From assembly GCF_056746865.1 (NCBI RefSeq), contig NZ_CM163382.1: a stretch of DNA of 64,000 bases; one strand, given 5' to 3'. The position numbers and the translations under genes were made by a program. The notes beneath the pieces were generated by a model. That model had not been told where the DNA came from, ran no database searches, and saw only the letters and a list, made by a program, of their open reading frames with translations. Below, piece by piece: positions 47,938 through 60,215 of this stretch (positions are counted from its first letter, which is position 1; each line of letters begins with the position of its first letter).

Positions 47938-48693
47938 TGTCTTTTCCTCAGTTAATGTCTACATGGCTATTTTTAATGTTATTATTGTTTGTCACTATAA
48001 AAAATCGCTCATTTGAGACAATTGCTGGCATTAACAGCTTCATATGCTATACATGGTACTTTTAATTAATTTAGCACAAGAATGTTAAATTTAATAAGCA
48101 AAAGGTTATTTCACTGTATGATAAAAACCACCCGTTATAATTTATTCGTGAGAATCGTTTTTTGAGTGTTAGAAATTTATATCTAAATAGCGTTGATTAA
48201 TGACCAAAGCCAGACTCCTGTAATGCTCACAAGACTCTTCTGCATTCGACGGCGGTTCTAGTCAGTAGTAGATGTTTAAGGCGTGGCAGAGACATTTCAT
48301 CCTTACTCTACAGCATTGGTCCACATACAAATCGTGGTTGTGACACTTCACTTATCATCAGTGAGCGAACAGAGAATAGTTCAGTGATTTGAGTAATTAA
48401 CCTGATTAAATGAAGAGGCATGATAAATGATAATACTCTGGCTTTATCGTTAATTACTTAATTCCACATGTAAGCAATTTGCCCGCTTGGCATAGCGGGC
48501 ATTTTTTCCAGGTACTTTTGAATGAGTACTGATGGATAAATACATTGCAGTGGCGTGCCACGTACCAAAACACCAGCCCTCATTCGAAACTACCTACCGC
48601 ACTGCTTCTTTAAAATGGCGTTAGTCGTGAAATATTGACCGCCATCGAGTCCCCCTTGTAACCTTAACTCTTCCTGATACGTGAATAATGATT

Positions 48694-48769
48694 TGGTGGC
48701 CCTTGCTGGACTTGAACCAGCGACCGGACGATTATGAGTCGTCTGCTCTAACCACTGAGCTAAAGGGCC
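48694..48769 (-). tRNA. ileY: tRNA-Ile (anticodon CAU, lysidine-modified Ile2 type)
   Basis: Reverse strand reads GGCCCTTTAGCTCAGTGGTTAGAGCAGACGACTCATAATCGTCCGGTCGCTGGTTCAAGTCCAGCAAGGGCCACCA; cloverleaf with CAT anticodon and encoded CCA end. ORF 48590..48787 is an artefact over it. Confidence 0.85.
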
Positions 48770-49328
48770 TTGAGTATGCAATAACAATACTTATATACCA
48801 CGCAATAAACATGATGATCTTATGATGTAAATAACAGATTTTTATACGTTCTCATTCATCCTGGGTCGTCATTACCTGCGACATAAAACCCGACACCGAT
48901 TCCATTCACAAAGTCGATACTCTCAGTCAACAAGCAAATGCTAATACTTAGCACTATTTATAGTTACCATCGATTCAATGATAGTTTGTAATGATTTTGT
49001 ATCTAATAATATAACTTTATTACATTAACTGAAGAGTTTTCGCATCATTATGATATCTGTTACTTTTCACCCCATAAAAATAAACTTCATATAGCAATAT
49101 ATTCTTTCATAGATCTTATTCTGCTAATCATTAGTTTCGTATGAGCGATTTTTGACAGTTGCCTCTCCAGACCACATCGATAATTAAAAAAACAGATTTA
49201 AGCATTATCCTTTTCCATATAAATATTGGATAAAAGTAGGACATCTGTTTGCAATTACTTTCACAACAATTAAACATTTTTATGTTTCCGTATACACCAT
49301 ATTACTCTACCATTAGAGGAACTTTATT

Positions 49329-51581
49329 ATGTTTTCTATAAAACCAGGACCAAGAAATTTACCTATCGACAACCCCACATTGTTATCATGGAACATTACT
49401 GACGGGGATCTAAATTCCAAATTAAATACATTAGAATATCTAAACTGTATAACAAATATTATTAATTCTTGTGGAGTTTATCCTCAGGATTTAAAAGACA
49501 GAGAAATTATATCAACTTTTCACGCAGAAAAAGTTATTAATGATCTGTTAAAAAACAATTATAAAATTTCCCTTTTTCCAGATACAACTTACCGAGAGTT
49601 GAATAAAGCAGCACAGCGTAGCATTACAGCGCCAGACAGGATAGGAGAAGGAAAAACATGGGTTTATCAACGAGATACAATGGTTGAAAGAGGTGATAAC
49701 AGCGGTGTTCATCAGTATGGTCCAGCTGAACATTTTACTCACATTATATCTGACAAACCGTCCCCAAAAGATAAGTATGTTGCATATGCTATTAACATTC
49801 CTGACTATGAACTGGCAGCTGATGTATATAATATTAACGTAACGTCACCTACCGGCCAGCAAGAAACATTTAAAATATTAATCAATCCAGAACATCTACG
49901 GCAAACACTTGAGCGTAAATCTCTTACTGCTGTTCAGAAATCACAATGTGAAATCATCACCCCCAAAAAACCTGGCGAAGCGATTCTTCATGCTTTTAAT
50001 GCCACCTATCAACAAATCAGGAAAAATATATCTGAGTTTGCACGTTGTCATTATGGGTATATACAAATCCCTCCCGTAACCACTTTCCGCGCCGACGGAC
50101 CAGAAACTCCCGAAGAAGAAAAAGGTTACTGGTTTCACGCTTATCAACCCGAAGATCTTTGTACTATCCATAATCCAATGGGAGATTTGCAGGATTTTAT
50201 CGCATTGGTTAAAGATGCCAAAAAATTTGGTATCGATATCATCCCTGATTATACATTTAACTTTATGGGAATCGGGGGTAGTGGTAAAAATGATCTGGAT
50301 TATCCCTCTGCCGATATACGAGCGAAGATCAGTAAAGATATAGAAAGTGGTATCCCTGGCTATTGGCAAGGTCAGGTCTTGATTCCCTTTATTATAGATC
50401 CAGTAACAAAAGAACGTGACCAAATCCATCCAGAAGATATACATCTCACTGCAAAAGACTTCGAAGCAAGTAAAGATAATATTTCTAAGGATGAATGGGA
50501 AAACCTCCATGCATTAAAAGAAAAGCGTTTAAATGGAATGCCTAAAACAACCCCCAAAAGTGACCAGGTTATTATGTTGCAAAATCAATACGTTCGTGAA
50601 ATGCGAAAATATGGCGTACGAGGTTTACGTTATGATGCAGCAAAACACTCAAAACATGAACAAATAGAGAGGTCGATAACCCCACCGCTTAAAAATTATA
50701 ATGAGCGGTTGCACAATACAAATTTATTTAATCCAAAATATCAAAAAAAAGCTGTTATGAATTACATGGAATACCTGGTAACTTGTCCGTTAGATGAACA
50801 ACAAATGTCATCGCTGCTTTATGAAAGAGATGATTTAAGCGCCATTGATTTTTCATTGCTCATGAAGACGATAAAAGCCTTTTCATTCGGTGGAGATCTC
50901 CAAGCCCTTGCATCAAAACCGGGCTCCACAATCTCAAGCATCCCATCAGAAAGACGGATATTGATTAACATCAACCACGATTTCCCTAACAATGGTAATC
51001 TTTTCAATGACTTTTTATTTAACCATCAGCAAGATGAACAATTAGCAATGGCATATATGGCCGCTCTCCCGTTCAGCAGGCCTTTAGTTTACTGGGATGG
51101 TCAGGTATTAAAATCAACGACTGAGATTAAAAATGATGATGGGTCCACTCGTGTCGGCGGTGAAGCGTGGCTTAATAAAGGTTGCTCTACCTATCAGCAG
51201 CTCTACAATGAATTCCACGCATTATATATAGATAAAGAAGGAATATGGAGCGCATTTGAGGGTGTATTTGCAACTAAAAATGTTCTGGCCTTTAGTCGTG
51301 GGGATTCTGTGAACATTAATCACTCTCCTCATGATGGACTAGTTATAATAAATAAAGGAAACGAAGAAGTTGAAGGTACCTGGCCTAACAAATTGCAACC
51401 AGGAATATATAAAAACATGGGGAGTAATAGCGTTACCATTATTAATAATAATACACGCAAAAGTATTCCCCCTGGTAAAGTATTTACGCTTAGAGGTGGA
51501 GCTCTAAATATCAATATTCCTGGGCGCAGCGCTCTTCTTTTAGGGAAAACAGGAGAACCGCCGAACTATTTCTATTTGTAA
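49329..51581 (+). CDS. YgaQ-like protein with alpha-amylase (GH13-type) catalytic-domain features, apparently full-length
   Basis: 750 aa, AT-rich; position after ileY matches ygaQ, which is fragmented in K-12. Confidence 0.6.
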   Translation: MFSIKPGPRNLPIDNPTLLSWNITDGDLNSKLNTLEYLNCITNIINSCGVYPQDLKDREIISTFHAEKVINDLLKNNYKISLFPDTTYRELNKAAQRSITAPDRIGEGKTWVYQRDTMVERGDNSGVHQYGPAEHFTHIISDKPSPKDKYVAYAINIPDYELAADVYNINVTSPTGQQETFKILINPEHLRQTLERKSLTAVQKSQCEIITPKKPGEAILHAFNATYQQIRKNISEFARCHYGYIQIPPVTTFRADGPETPEEEKGYWFHAYQPEDLCTIHNPMGDLQDFIALVKDAKKFGIDIIPDYTFNFMGIGGSGKNDLDYPSADIRAKISKDIESGIPGYWQGQVLIPFIIDPVTKERDQIHPEDIHLTAKDFEASKDNISKDEWENLHALKEKRLNGMPKTTPKSDQVIMLQNQYVREMRKYGVRGLRYDAAKHSKHEQIERSITPPLKNYNERLHNTNLFNPKYQKKAVMNYMEYLVTCPLDEQQMSSLLYERDDLSAIDFSLLMKTIKAFSFGGDLQALASKPGSTISSIPSERRILININHDFPNNGNLFNDFLFNHQQDEQLAMAYMAALPFSRPLVYWDGQVLKSTTEIKNDDGSTRVGGEAWLNKGCSTYQQLYNEFHALYIDKEGIWSAFEGVFATKNVLAFSRGDSVNINHSPHDGLVIINKGNEEVEGTWPNKLQPGIYKNMGSNSVTIINNNTRKSIPPGKVFTLRGGALNINIPGRSALLLGKTGEPPNYFYL

Positions 51582-51592
51582 TTTAATGTTAT

Positions 51593-51618
51593 ATCTGCCC
51601 CGCTAAAACGGGGCAGAT
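51593..51618 (+). terminator. hairpin after the ygaQ-like gene
   Basis: atctgccccgctaaaacggggcagat; weak downstream T-run. Confidence 0.4.
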
Positions 51619-51802
51619 AATATGTTTAGTTTACTAACGGTCATTTTGCAGTGAAGCCATTTACTGTTTTTTATCGACCAGATAATCTGTTCTCTGATGG
51701 TAGCTCCCCCTAACCTGTTGCTTTAGTTATTCATTTCCTGTCTCACTTTGCCTTAATACCCCACATTAAATGTTACTAATTTGTTGTCTTTGATCACAAT
51801 AA

Positions 51803-52894
<1,092 letters not shown>

Positions 52895-52913
52895 GCGCAA
52901 AGGAATTGAGCGG

Positions 52914-54182
52914 ATGTATGATTTTGTGATTATTGGCGGCGGCATCATCGGCATGTCGACCGCCATGCAACTGATTGATGTTTATCCGGATGCCCGCATT
53001 GCGTTGCTGGAAAAAGAGTCCGGCCCGGCCTGTCACCAGACGGGCCACAACAGTGGCGTGATCCATGCCGGGGTCTATTACACGCCCGGTAGCCTGAAGG
53101 CACAGTTTTGCCTGGCGGGAAACCGCGCCACCAAAGCCTTTTGCGATCAAAACGGCATTCGCTATGACAACTGCGGAAAGATGCTGGTCGCCACCTCTGA
53201 ACTCGAAATGGAACGGATGCGCGCGTTGTGGGAACGCACGGCGGCTAACGGGATCGAGCGCGAGTGGTTAAACGCTGAGGAACTGCGAGAGCGCGAACCG
53301 AATATCACCGGGCTCGGCGGTATTTTTGTGCCGTCCAGCGGCATTGTCAGCTACCGCGAAGTGACAGCGGCAATGGCAAAAATCTTCCAGGCCAGAGGCG
53401 GTGAGATTATCTATAACGCCGAAGTCAGCGGCCTTAGTGAGCATAAAAACGGTGTGGTGATACGTACCCGACAAGGCGGCGAATATGAAGCATCGACGCT
53501 GATTAGCTGTTCCGGGCTGATGGCTGACCGGCTGGTGAAAATGCTCGGCCTCGAGCCGGGCTTTATTATCTGCCCGTTCCGCGGCGAGTATTTCCGCCTT
53601 GCGCCGGAGCATAACCAGATTGTTAACCACCTGATTTACCCCATTCCCGACCCCGCGATGCCATTTTTGGGCGTGCATCTCACCCGCATGATCGACGGCA
53701 GCGTGACCGTCGGGCCAAACGCGGTGCTGGCTTTCAAACGCGAAGGCTATCGCAAGCGCGACTTCTCATTTAGCGACACGCTGGAAATTTTGGGCTCGTC
53801 GGGGATTCGCCGGGTGCTGCAAAACCATCTACGCTCAGGACTGGGCGAGATGAAAAACTCGCTGTGCAAAAGCGGCTATCTGCGGCTGGTGCAAAAGTAT
53901 TGTCCCCGGCTTTCGTTAAGCGATCTCCAGCCCTGGCCCGCCGGTGTGCGGGCGCAGGCAGTATCGCCGGACGGCAAGCTGATTGACGATTTTCTGTTTG
54001 TCACCACCCCACGCACGATCCACACCTGCAATGCGCCCTCCCCGGCAGCGACATCAGCAATTCCTATTGGTGCGCATATTGTCAGCAAGGTACAAACGCT
54101 GTTGGCAAGCCAGAGTAACCCCGGACGCACGCTGCGAGCGGCACGTAGTGTGGATGCCTTACACGCCGCATTTAATCAATAA
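52914..54182 (+). CDS. lhgO: L-2-hydroxyglutarate oxidase/dehydrogenase
   Basis: 422 aa from MYDFVIIGGGIIGMSTAMQL (FAD-binding GxGxxG). Confidence 0.9.
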   Translation: MYDFVIIGGGIIGMSTAMQLIDVYPDARIALLEKESGPACHQTGHNSGVIHAGVYYTPGSLKAQFCLAGNRATKAFCDQNGIRYDNCGKMLVATSELEMERMRALWERTAANGIEREWLNAEELREREPNITGLGGIFVPSSGIVSYREVTAAMAKIFQARGGEIIYNAEVSGLSEHKNGVVIRTRQGGEYEASTLISCSGLMADRLVKMLGLEPGFIICPFRGEYFRLAPEHNQIVNHLIYPIPDPAMPFLGVHLTRMIDGSVTVGPNAVLAFKREGYRKRDFSFSDTLEILGSSGIRRVLQNHLRSGLGEMKNSLCKSGYLRLVQKYCPRLSLSDLQPWPAGVRAQAVSPDGKLIDDFLFVTTPRTIHTCNAPSPAATSAIPIGAHIVSKVQTLLASQSNPGRTLRAARSVDALHAAFNQ

Positions 54183-54204
54183 CCTTTGAAAACAGGACGT
54201 AACA

Positions 54205-55653
54205 ATGAAACTTAACGACAGTAACTTATTCCGCCAGCAGGCGTTGATTAACGGGGAATGGCTGGACGCCAACAATGGCGAGGTCATCGACGTCACCAAT
54301 CCGGCGAACGGCGACAAGCTGGGTAGCGTGCCGAAAATGGGCGCTGATGAAACCCGCGCCGCTATCGACGCCGCCAACCGCGCCCTGCCCGCCTGGCGTG
54401 CGCTCACCGCCAAAGAACGCGCCAACATTCTGCGCAACTGGTTCAATTTGATGATGGAGCATCAGGACGATTTAGCGCGCCTGATGACCCTCGAACAGGG
54501 CAAACCACTGGCCGAAGCGAAAGGCGAAATCAGCTACGCTGCCTCTTTTATTGAGTGGTTTGCCGAAGAAGGCAAACGTATTTATGGCGACACCATTCCC
54601 GGTCATCAGGCCGACAAACGCCTGATTGTTATCAAACAGCCGATTGGCGTTACCGCCGCCATCACGCCGTGGAACTTCCCGGCGGCGATGATTACCCGTA
54701 AAGCCGGTCCGGCGCTGGCGGCAGGCTGCACGATGGTGCTGAAACCTGCCAGTCAGACGCCGTTCTCTGCGCTGGCGCTGGCGGAACTGGCGATTCGCGC
54801 AGGCGTTCCGGCTGGCGTATTTAACGTGGTCACCGGTTCGGCGGGCGCGGTCGGTAACGAACTGACCAGCAATCCGCTGGTGCGCAAGCTGTCGTTTACC
54901 GGCTCGACCGAAATTGGTCGCCAGTTAATGGAACAGTGCGCGAAAGATATTAAAAAAGTGTCGCTGGAGCTGGGCGGCAACGCGCCATTTATCGTCTTTG
55001 AGGATGCCGACCTCGACAAAGCCGTGGAAGGCGCGCTGGCCTCGAAATTCCGCAACGCCGGGCAAACCTGCGTCTGCGCCAACCGTTTATACGTGCAGGA
55101 CGGCGTGTATGACCGCTTTGCCGAAAAATTACAGCAGGCGGTGAGCAAACTGCACATCGGCGACGGGCTGGAGAATGGCGTCACCATCGGGCCGCTGATC
55201 GATGAAAAAGCGGTAGCAAAAGTGGAAGAGCATATTGCCGATGCGCTGGAGAGAGGTGCGCGTGTGGTTTGCGGCGGTAAAGCGGATGACCGCGGCGGCA
55301 ACTTCTTCCAGCCGACCATTCTGGTGGACGTTCCGGCCAACGCCAAAGTGTCGAAAGAAGAGACGTTCGGCCCCCTTGCCCCGCTATTCCGCTTTAAAGA
55401 TGAAGCCGATGTGATTGCGCAGGCCAATGACACCGAGTTTGGCCTTGCCGCCTATTTCTACGCCCGTGATTTAAGCCGCGTCTTCCGCGTGGGCGAGGCG
55501 CTGGAGTACGGCATCGTCGGCATTAATACTGGCATTATTTCCAATGAAGTGGCCCCGTTCGGCGGCATTAAAGCCTCGGGTCTGGGTCGTGAAGGTTCGA
55601 AGTATGGCATCGAAGATTACTTAGAAATCAAATATATGTGCATCGGTCTTTAA
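54205..55653 (+). CDS. gabD: succinate-semialdehyde dehydrogenase (NADP+)
   Basis: 482 aa aldehyde dehydrogenase with catalytic Cys region GQTCVCANR and Glu region LELGGNAP. Confidence 0.95.
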   Translation: MKLNDSNLFRQQALINGEWLDANNGEVIDVTNPANGDKLGSVPKMGADETRAAIDAANRALPAWRALTAKERANILRNWFNLMMEHQDDLARLMTLEQGKPLAEAKGEISYAASFIEWFAEEGKRIYGDTIPGHQADKRLIVIKQPIGVTAAITPWNFPAAMITRKAGPALAAGCTMVLKPASQTPFSALALAELAIRAGVPAGVFNVVTGSAGAVGNELTSNPLVRKLSFTGSTEIGRQLMEQCAKDIKKVSLELGGNAPFIVFEDADLDKAVEGALASKFRNAGQTCVCANRLYVQDGVYDRFAEKLQQAVSKLHIGDGLENGVTIGPLIDEKAVAKVEEHIADALERGARVVCGGKADDRGGNFFQPTILVDVPANAKVSKEETFGPLAPLFRFKDEADVIAQANDTEFGLAAYFYARDLSRVFRVGEALEYGIVGINTGIISNEVAPFGGIKASGLGREGSKYGIEDYLEIKYMCIGL

Positions 55654-55666
55654 CTGGAGAACGCGA

Positions 55667-56947
55667 ATGAGCAGCAATAAAGAATTAATGCAGCGCCGCA
55701 GTCAGGCAGTTCCTCGTGGCGTTGGGCAAATTCACCCCATTTTCGCTGATCGCGCGGAAAACTGCCGGGTGTGGGACGTTGAAGGCCGTGAGTATCTTGA
55801 TTTCGCGGGCGGCATTGCAGTGCTCAATACCGGGCACCTGCATCCGAAAGTGGTTGCGGCGGTGGAAGCGCAGTTGAAAAAGCTGTCGCACACCTGCTTC
55901 CAGGTGCTGGCCTACGAGCCGTATCTGGAGCTGTGCGAAATAATGAATCAGAAGGTGCCGGGCGATTTTGCCAAAAAAACGCTGCTGGTAACGACCGGTT
56001 CTGAAGCGGTGGAGAACGCGGTGAAAATCGCCCGCGCCGCCACCAAACGCAGCGGGACCATCGCCTTTAGCGGCGCGTATCACGGGCGCACGCATTACAC
56101 GCTGGCGCTGACCGGCAAGGTGAATCCTTACTCTGCGGGCATGGGCCTGATGCCAGGGCATGTTTATCGCGCACTTTATCCGTGTCCACTGCACGGCATA
56201 AGCGAGGATGACGCTATCGCCAGCATCCACCGGATCTTCAAAAATGACGCCGCGCCGGAAGATATCGCCGCCATCGTGATTGAGCCGGTTCAGGGTGAAG
56301 GCGGTTTCTACGCCGCGACGCCAGCCTTTATGCAGCGTTTACGCGCGTTGTGTGACGAGCACGGGATCATGCTGATTGCCGATGAAGTGCAGAGCGGCGC
56401 GGGGCGTACCGGCACGCTGTTTGCGATGGAGCAGATGGGCGTTGCGCCGGATCTTACCACCTTTGCGAAATCGATCGCAGGCGGCTTCCCGCTGGCGGGC
56501 GTCACCGGGCGCGCGGAAGTGATGGATGCCGTCGCTCCAGGCGGTCTGGGCGGCACCTATGCGGGTAACCCGATTGCCTGCGTGGCTGCGCTGGAAGTGT
56601 TGAAGGTGTTTGAGCAGGAAAATCTGCTGCAAAAAGCCAACGATCTGGGGCAGAAACTGAAAGACGGATTGCTGGCGATAGCCGAAAAACATACTGAGAT
56701 CGGCGACGTACGCGGGCTGGGAGCGATGATTGCCATCGAGCTGTTTGAAGATGGCGATCACAGCAAACCAGACGCAAAACTCACCGCCGAGATCGTGGCG
56801 CGTGCTCGCGATAAGGGCTTGATTCTTCTCTCCTGCGGCCCGTATTACAACGTGCTGCGCATCCTTGTACCGCTCACCATTGAAGACGCTCAGATCCGTC
56901 AGGGTCTGGAGATCATCAGCCAGTGTTTTGCAGAGGCGAAGCAGTAG
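55667..56947 (+). CDS. gabT: 4-aminobutyrate aminotransferase
   Basis: 426 aa class-III PLP aminotransferase. Confidence 0.95.
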   Translation: MSSNKELMQRRSQAVPRGVGQIHPIFADRAENCRVWDVEGREYLDFAGGIAVLNTGHLHPKVVAAVEAQLKKLSHTCFQVLAYEPYLELCEIMNQKVPGDFAKKTLLVTTGSEAVENAVKIARAATKRSGTIAFSGAYHGRTHYTLALTGKVNPYSAGMGLMPGHVYRALYPCPLHGISEDDAIASIHRIFKNDAAPEDIAAIVIEPVQGEGGFYAATPAFMQRLRALCDEHGIMLIADEVQSGAGRTGTLFAMEQMGVAPDLTTFAKSIAGGFPLAGVTGRAEVMDAVAPGGLGGTYAGNPIACVAALEVLKVFEQENLLQKANDLGQKLKDGLLAIAEKHTEIGDVRGLGAMIAIELFEDGDHSKPDAKLTAEIVARARDKGLILLSCGPYYNVLRILVPLTIEDAQIRQGLEIISQCFAEAKQ

Positions 56948-57257
56948 TCATGTCCGTTCGTAAGAGTTAACCGTTGCTAAGGGAATGATAACGATGCAGT
57001 AAAAAATAATAACGATGAGGCGAACGACAAAGTTAAAAACGACTGCGGACAGTCCCCTCGCCCCTCTGGGGAGAGGGTTAGGGTGAGGGGTAAAAAACGC
57101 GACTAACCCCTCCCCCGGCCCTATCCCTGAGGGAGAAGGAGAAAACCATCCCGCTTTCGTTTTTAAGATTTTGTTGACCGTCTCAATTACACGCGTGACC
57201 CGACGCGGGAAATGTCGGGGCGCTCTCCCAAGTGACACACTTTCGAGAGGATTCAGG

Positions 57258-58658
57258 ATGGGGCAATCATCGCAACCACATGAGTTAGGCGGCGGGCTGA
57301 AGTCACGCCACGTCACCATGTTGTCTATTGCCGGTGTTATCGGCGCAAGTCTGTTTGTCGGTTCCAGCGTCGCCATCGCCGAAGCGGGCCCGGCGGTATT
57401 ACTGGCCTATCTGTTCGCCGGATTACTGGTGGTTATGATTATGCGGATGTTGGCGGAAATGGCGGTTGCCACGCCCGACACGGGTTCGTTTTCCACCTAT
57501 GCAGATAAAGCTATTGGTCGTTGGGCGGGCTATACCATCGGCTGGTTGTACTGGTGGTTTTGGGTACTGGTTATCCCGCTGGAAGCCAACATCGCCGCCA
57601 TGATCCTGCACTCGTGGGTTCCAGGCATTCCCATCTGGTTATTTTCCCTCGTCATTACCCTCGCCTTAACTGGCAGTAATTTATTAAGCGTTAAAAACTA
57701 CGGCGAATTTGAGTTCTGGCTGGCGCTGTGCAAAGTCATCGCTATCCTGGCCTTTATTTTCCTTGGTGCAGTCGCAATTAGCGGTTTTTACCCTTATGCC
57801 GAAGTGAGCGGGATCTCAAGATTGTGGGATAGCGGCGGCTTTATGCCCAACGGCTTCGGCGCAGTATTAACCGCGATGTTGATCACCATGTTCTCGTTTA
57901 TGGGCGCAGAAATTGTCACCATTGCCGCCGCGGAATCTGACACGCCGGAAAAACATATTGTCCGCGCCACCAACTCGGTTATCTGGCGTATTTCTATCTT
58001 CTATTTGTGCTCTATTTTTGTCGTCGTGGCATTAATACCGTGGAATATGCCGGGGCTGAAAGCCGTTGGATCTTATCGCTCGGTTCTGGAGTTGCTCAAT
58101 ATTCCCCATGCGAAATTAATCATGGACTGCGTGATATTACTTTCCGTAACCAGTTGCCTGAACTCGGCGCTGTATACCGCTTCCAGAATGCTCTACTCCT
58201 TAAGCCGTCGCGGTGATGCTCCCGCGGTAATGGGTAAAATCAACCGCAGTAAAACCCCGTATGTGGCGGTATTACTCTCGACCGGTGCGGCATTTTTAAC
58301 GGTGGTGGTGAATTATTACGCGCCTGCGAAAGTGTTTAAATTTCTGATCGACAGCTCCGGCGCTATCGCCCTGCTGGTTTATTTAGTCATCGCCGTTTCA
58401 CAATTGCGGATGCGCAAAATTCTGCGAGCAGAAGGAAGCGAAATTCGCCTGCGGATGTGGCTTTATCCGTGGCTCACCTGGCTGGTCATCGGCTTTATTA
58501 CCTTTGTGTTGGTAGTGATGCTATTCCGCCCGGCGCAACAGTTAGAAGTGATCTCCACCGGCTTATTAGCGATAGGGATTATCTGTACCGTGCCAATTAT
58601 GGCTCGCTGGAAAAAGCTGGTATTGTGGCAAAAAACACCCGTTCATAATACGCGCTGA
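57258..58658 (+). CDS. gabP: GABA permease (APC family)
   Basis: 466 aa from MGQSSQPHELGGGLKSRHVTMLSIAG; multi-pass membrane transporter. Confidence 0.9.
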   Translation: MGQSSQPHELGGGLKSRHVTMLSIAGVIGASLFVGSSVAIAEAGPAVLLAYLFAGLLVVMIMRMLAEMAVATPDTGSFSTYADKAIGRWAGYTIGWLYWWFWVLVIPLEANIAAMILHSWVPGIPIWLFSLVITLALTGSNLLSVKNYGEFEFWLALCKVIAILAFIFLGAVAISGFYPYAEVSGISRLWDSGGFMPNGFGAVLTAMLITMFSFMGAEIVTIAAAESDTPEKHIVRATNSVIWRISIFYLCSIFVVVALIPWNMPGLKAVGSYRSVLELLNIPHAKLIMDCVILLSVTSCLNSALYTASRMLYSLSRRGDAPAVMGKINRSKTPYVAVLLSTGAAFLTVVVNYYAPAKVFKFLIDSSGAIALLVYLVIAVSQLRMRKILRAEGSEIRLRMWLYPWLTWLVIGFITFVLVVMLFRPAQQLEVISTGLLAIGIICTVPIMARWKKLVLWQKTPVHNTR

Positions 58659-58678
58659 TAATGATCAGGAGTCACACC

Positions 58679-59341
58679 ATGACCATTACGTCTCTGGATG
58701 GCTATCGCTGGCTGAAGAACGATATTATTCGCGGTAATTTTCAACCGGATGAAAAATTACGGATGAGTTTGCTTACATCGCGTTATGCACTTGGCGTTGG
58801 GCCGTTACGGGAAGCTCTTTCGCAACTGGTGGCGGAACGGCTGGTCACGGTGGTGAATCAAAAAGGGTATCGGGTGGCGTCTATGTCAGAGCAGGAGCTG
58901 CTCGATATTTTCGACGCCCGCGCCAATATGGAAGCGATGCTGGTCAGTCTGGCGATTGCCCGCGGTGGCGATGAATGGGAGGCAGACGTTCTCGCAAAAG
59001 CGCATCTGCTCAGTAAGCTGGAGGCCTGTGACGCCAGTGAGAAAATGCTTGATGAGTGGGATCTGCGTCATCAGGCGTTTCATACGGCAATTGTGGCGGG
59101 CTGTGGTTCTCACTATTTGCTGCAAATGCGTGAACGGTTGTTTGATCTGGCGGCGCGCTATCGATTTATCTGGCTGCGGCGAACAGTGCTTTCGGTGGAG
59201 ATGCTGGAGGATAAACACGATCAGCACCAGACCCTGACAGCGGCGGTACTGGCGCGAGATACCGCGCGCGCCAGTGAGTTAATGCGCCAGCATTTACTGA
59301 CGCCAATTCCCATTATCCAGCAGGCGATGGCTGGCAATTAA
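58679..59341 (+). CDS. csiR: GntR-family transcriptional repressor CsiR
   Basis: 220 aa from MTITSLDGYRWLKNDIIRGNF. Confidence 0.85.
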   Translation: MTITSLDGYRWLKNDIIRGNFQPDEKLRMSLLTSRYALGVGPLREALSQLVAERLVTVVNQKGYRVASMSEQELLDIFDARANMEAMLVSLAIARGGDEWEADVLAKAHLLSKLEACDASEKMLDEWDLRHQAFHTAIVAGCGSHYLLQMRERLFDLAARYRFIWLRRTVLSVEMLEDKHDQHQTLTAAVLARDTARASELMRQHLLTPIPIIQQAMAGN

Positions 59342-59791
59342 CTACTCTTCAGGAATACGCAACACTTGCCCCGGGTAAATTTTATCCGGGCTTTTGAGCA
59401 TCGGTTTATTCGCTTCGAAGATTTTATTGTACAGATTGGCGTTACCGTAGACCTGTTTGGAAATGGCACTCAGAGTGTCGCCAGACTTAACGGTATAAAA
59501 CTGGCTGGCAGCGGCTGGTGTCGCCGTTTTCACCTGATCATCGACACTGGCAATACCGGAAATATTCCCCACCGCAACAAGGATTTTCTCCTTCGCCTCC
59601 TGACTCAGGCCATCACCCGTGACCGTCGCTTTGCCGTCGGCGATTTGAATGTTCACTTTATCGGCATCAGGTATACCGGTTTTGTTCAGATGCTCCTGCA
59701 CCTTCTTCGCCTGATCGTCTTTATCGTGCTGACCTGTAACCGCGTCCCAGAGTTTTTCTCCGGCATCTTTCACAAAATTGAACAGACCCAT
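59342..59791 (-). CDS. ygaU: potassium-binding LysM-domain protein Kbp (YgaU)
   Basis: 149 aa from [19 protein letters not shown]-terminal LysM ([49 protein letters not shown]). Confidence 0.85.
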   Translation of the reverse strand: MGLFNFVKDAGEKLWDAVTGQHDKDDQAKKVQEHLNKTGIPDADKVNIQIADGKATVTGDGLSQEAKEKILVAVGNISGIASVDDQVKTATPAAASQFYTVKSGDTLSAISKQVYGNANLYNKIFEANKPMLKSPDKIYPGQVLRIPEE

Positions 59792-59874
59792 AGCTACCTC
59801 ATTCGTTAACGGAAACACTCAGAAAGTGTAGCAGAGGAACGCGGCGCGTTAACGCCGCGGGGGTGAGGACAGGT

Positions 59875-60033
59875 TTAATCGCGGGTTTGCACCCAGAAAG
59901 CGTGAATCAAACCGGGGATATATCCAAGCAGTGTCAGCAGAATATTAATAATGAACGCCCAACCGAACCCTTTACCGAGCAGCACGCCGAGCGGCGGCAG
60001 AATGATGGTGATGACGATTCTCCAGAAACCCAT
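59875..60033 (-). CDS. yqaE: small membrane protein YqaE (Pmp3/UPF0057 family), 52 aa, below the ORF-track length cutoff
   Basis: Reverse translation MGFWRIVITIILPPLGVLLGKGFGWAFIINILLTLLGYIPGLIHAFWVQTRD. Confidence 0.8.
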   Translation of the reverse strand: MGFWRIVITIILPPLGVLLGKGFGWAFIINILLTLLGYIPGLIHAFWVQTRD

Positions 60034-60215
60034 ATGTACTCCCTATAAGAAAATTACTCATTGTTTAAAAAGAGATTTTATCTCTTAAGCGTAGTAATTT
60101 TAGCGGAGCCTGCCAGTTTCAGCTTACGCTTTTACTCTCATTTACGCTGCTGATGCTGGCATATGTTATATTTTTAGTTTAGAGTTTACTTAATTTAGAA
60201 AATGCTTAAATAACT

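Noticed and set aside
48590-48787. 65-aa minus-strand ORF
   Set aside because: It overlies the tRNA-Ile(CAU) gene; the translation is an artefact of the tRNA sequence.
56948-57376. 142-aa minus-strand ORF between gabT and gabP
   Set aside because: Spans a GC-rich repeat element and the gabP 5' region; Pro/Gly-rich, no start context.
59863-60048. 61-aa plus-strand ORF
   Set aside because: Antisense to yqaE, whose 52-aa minus-strand product is clearly recognisable.
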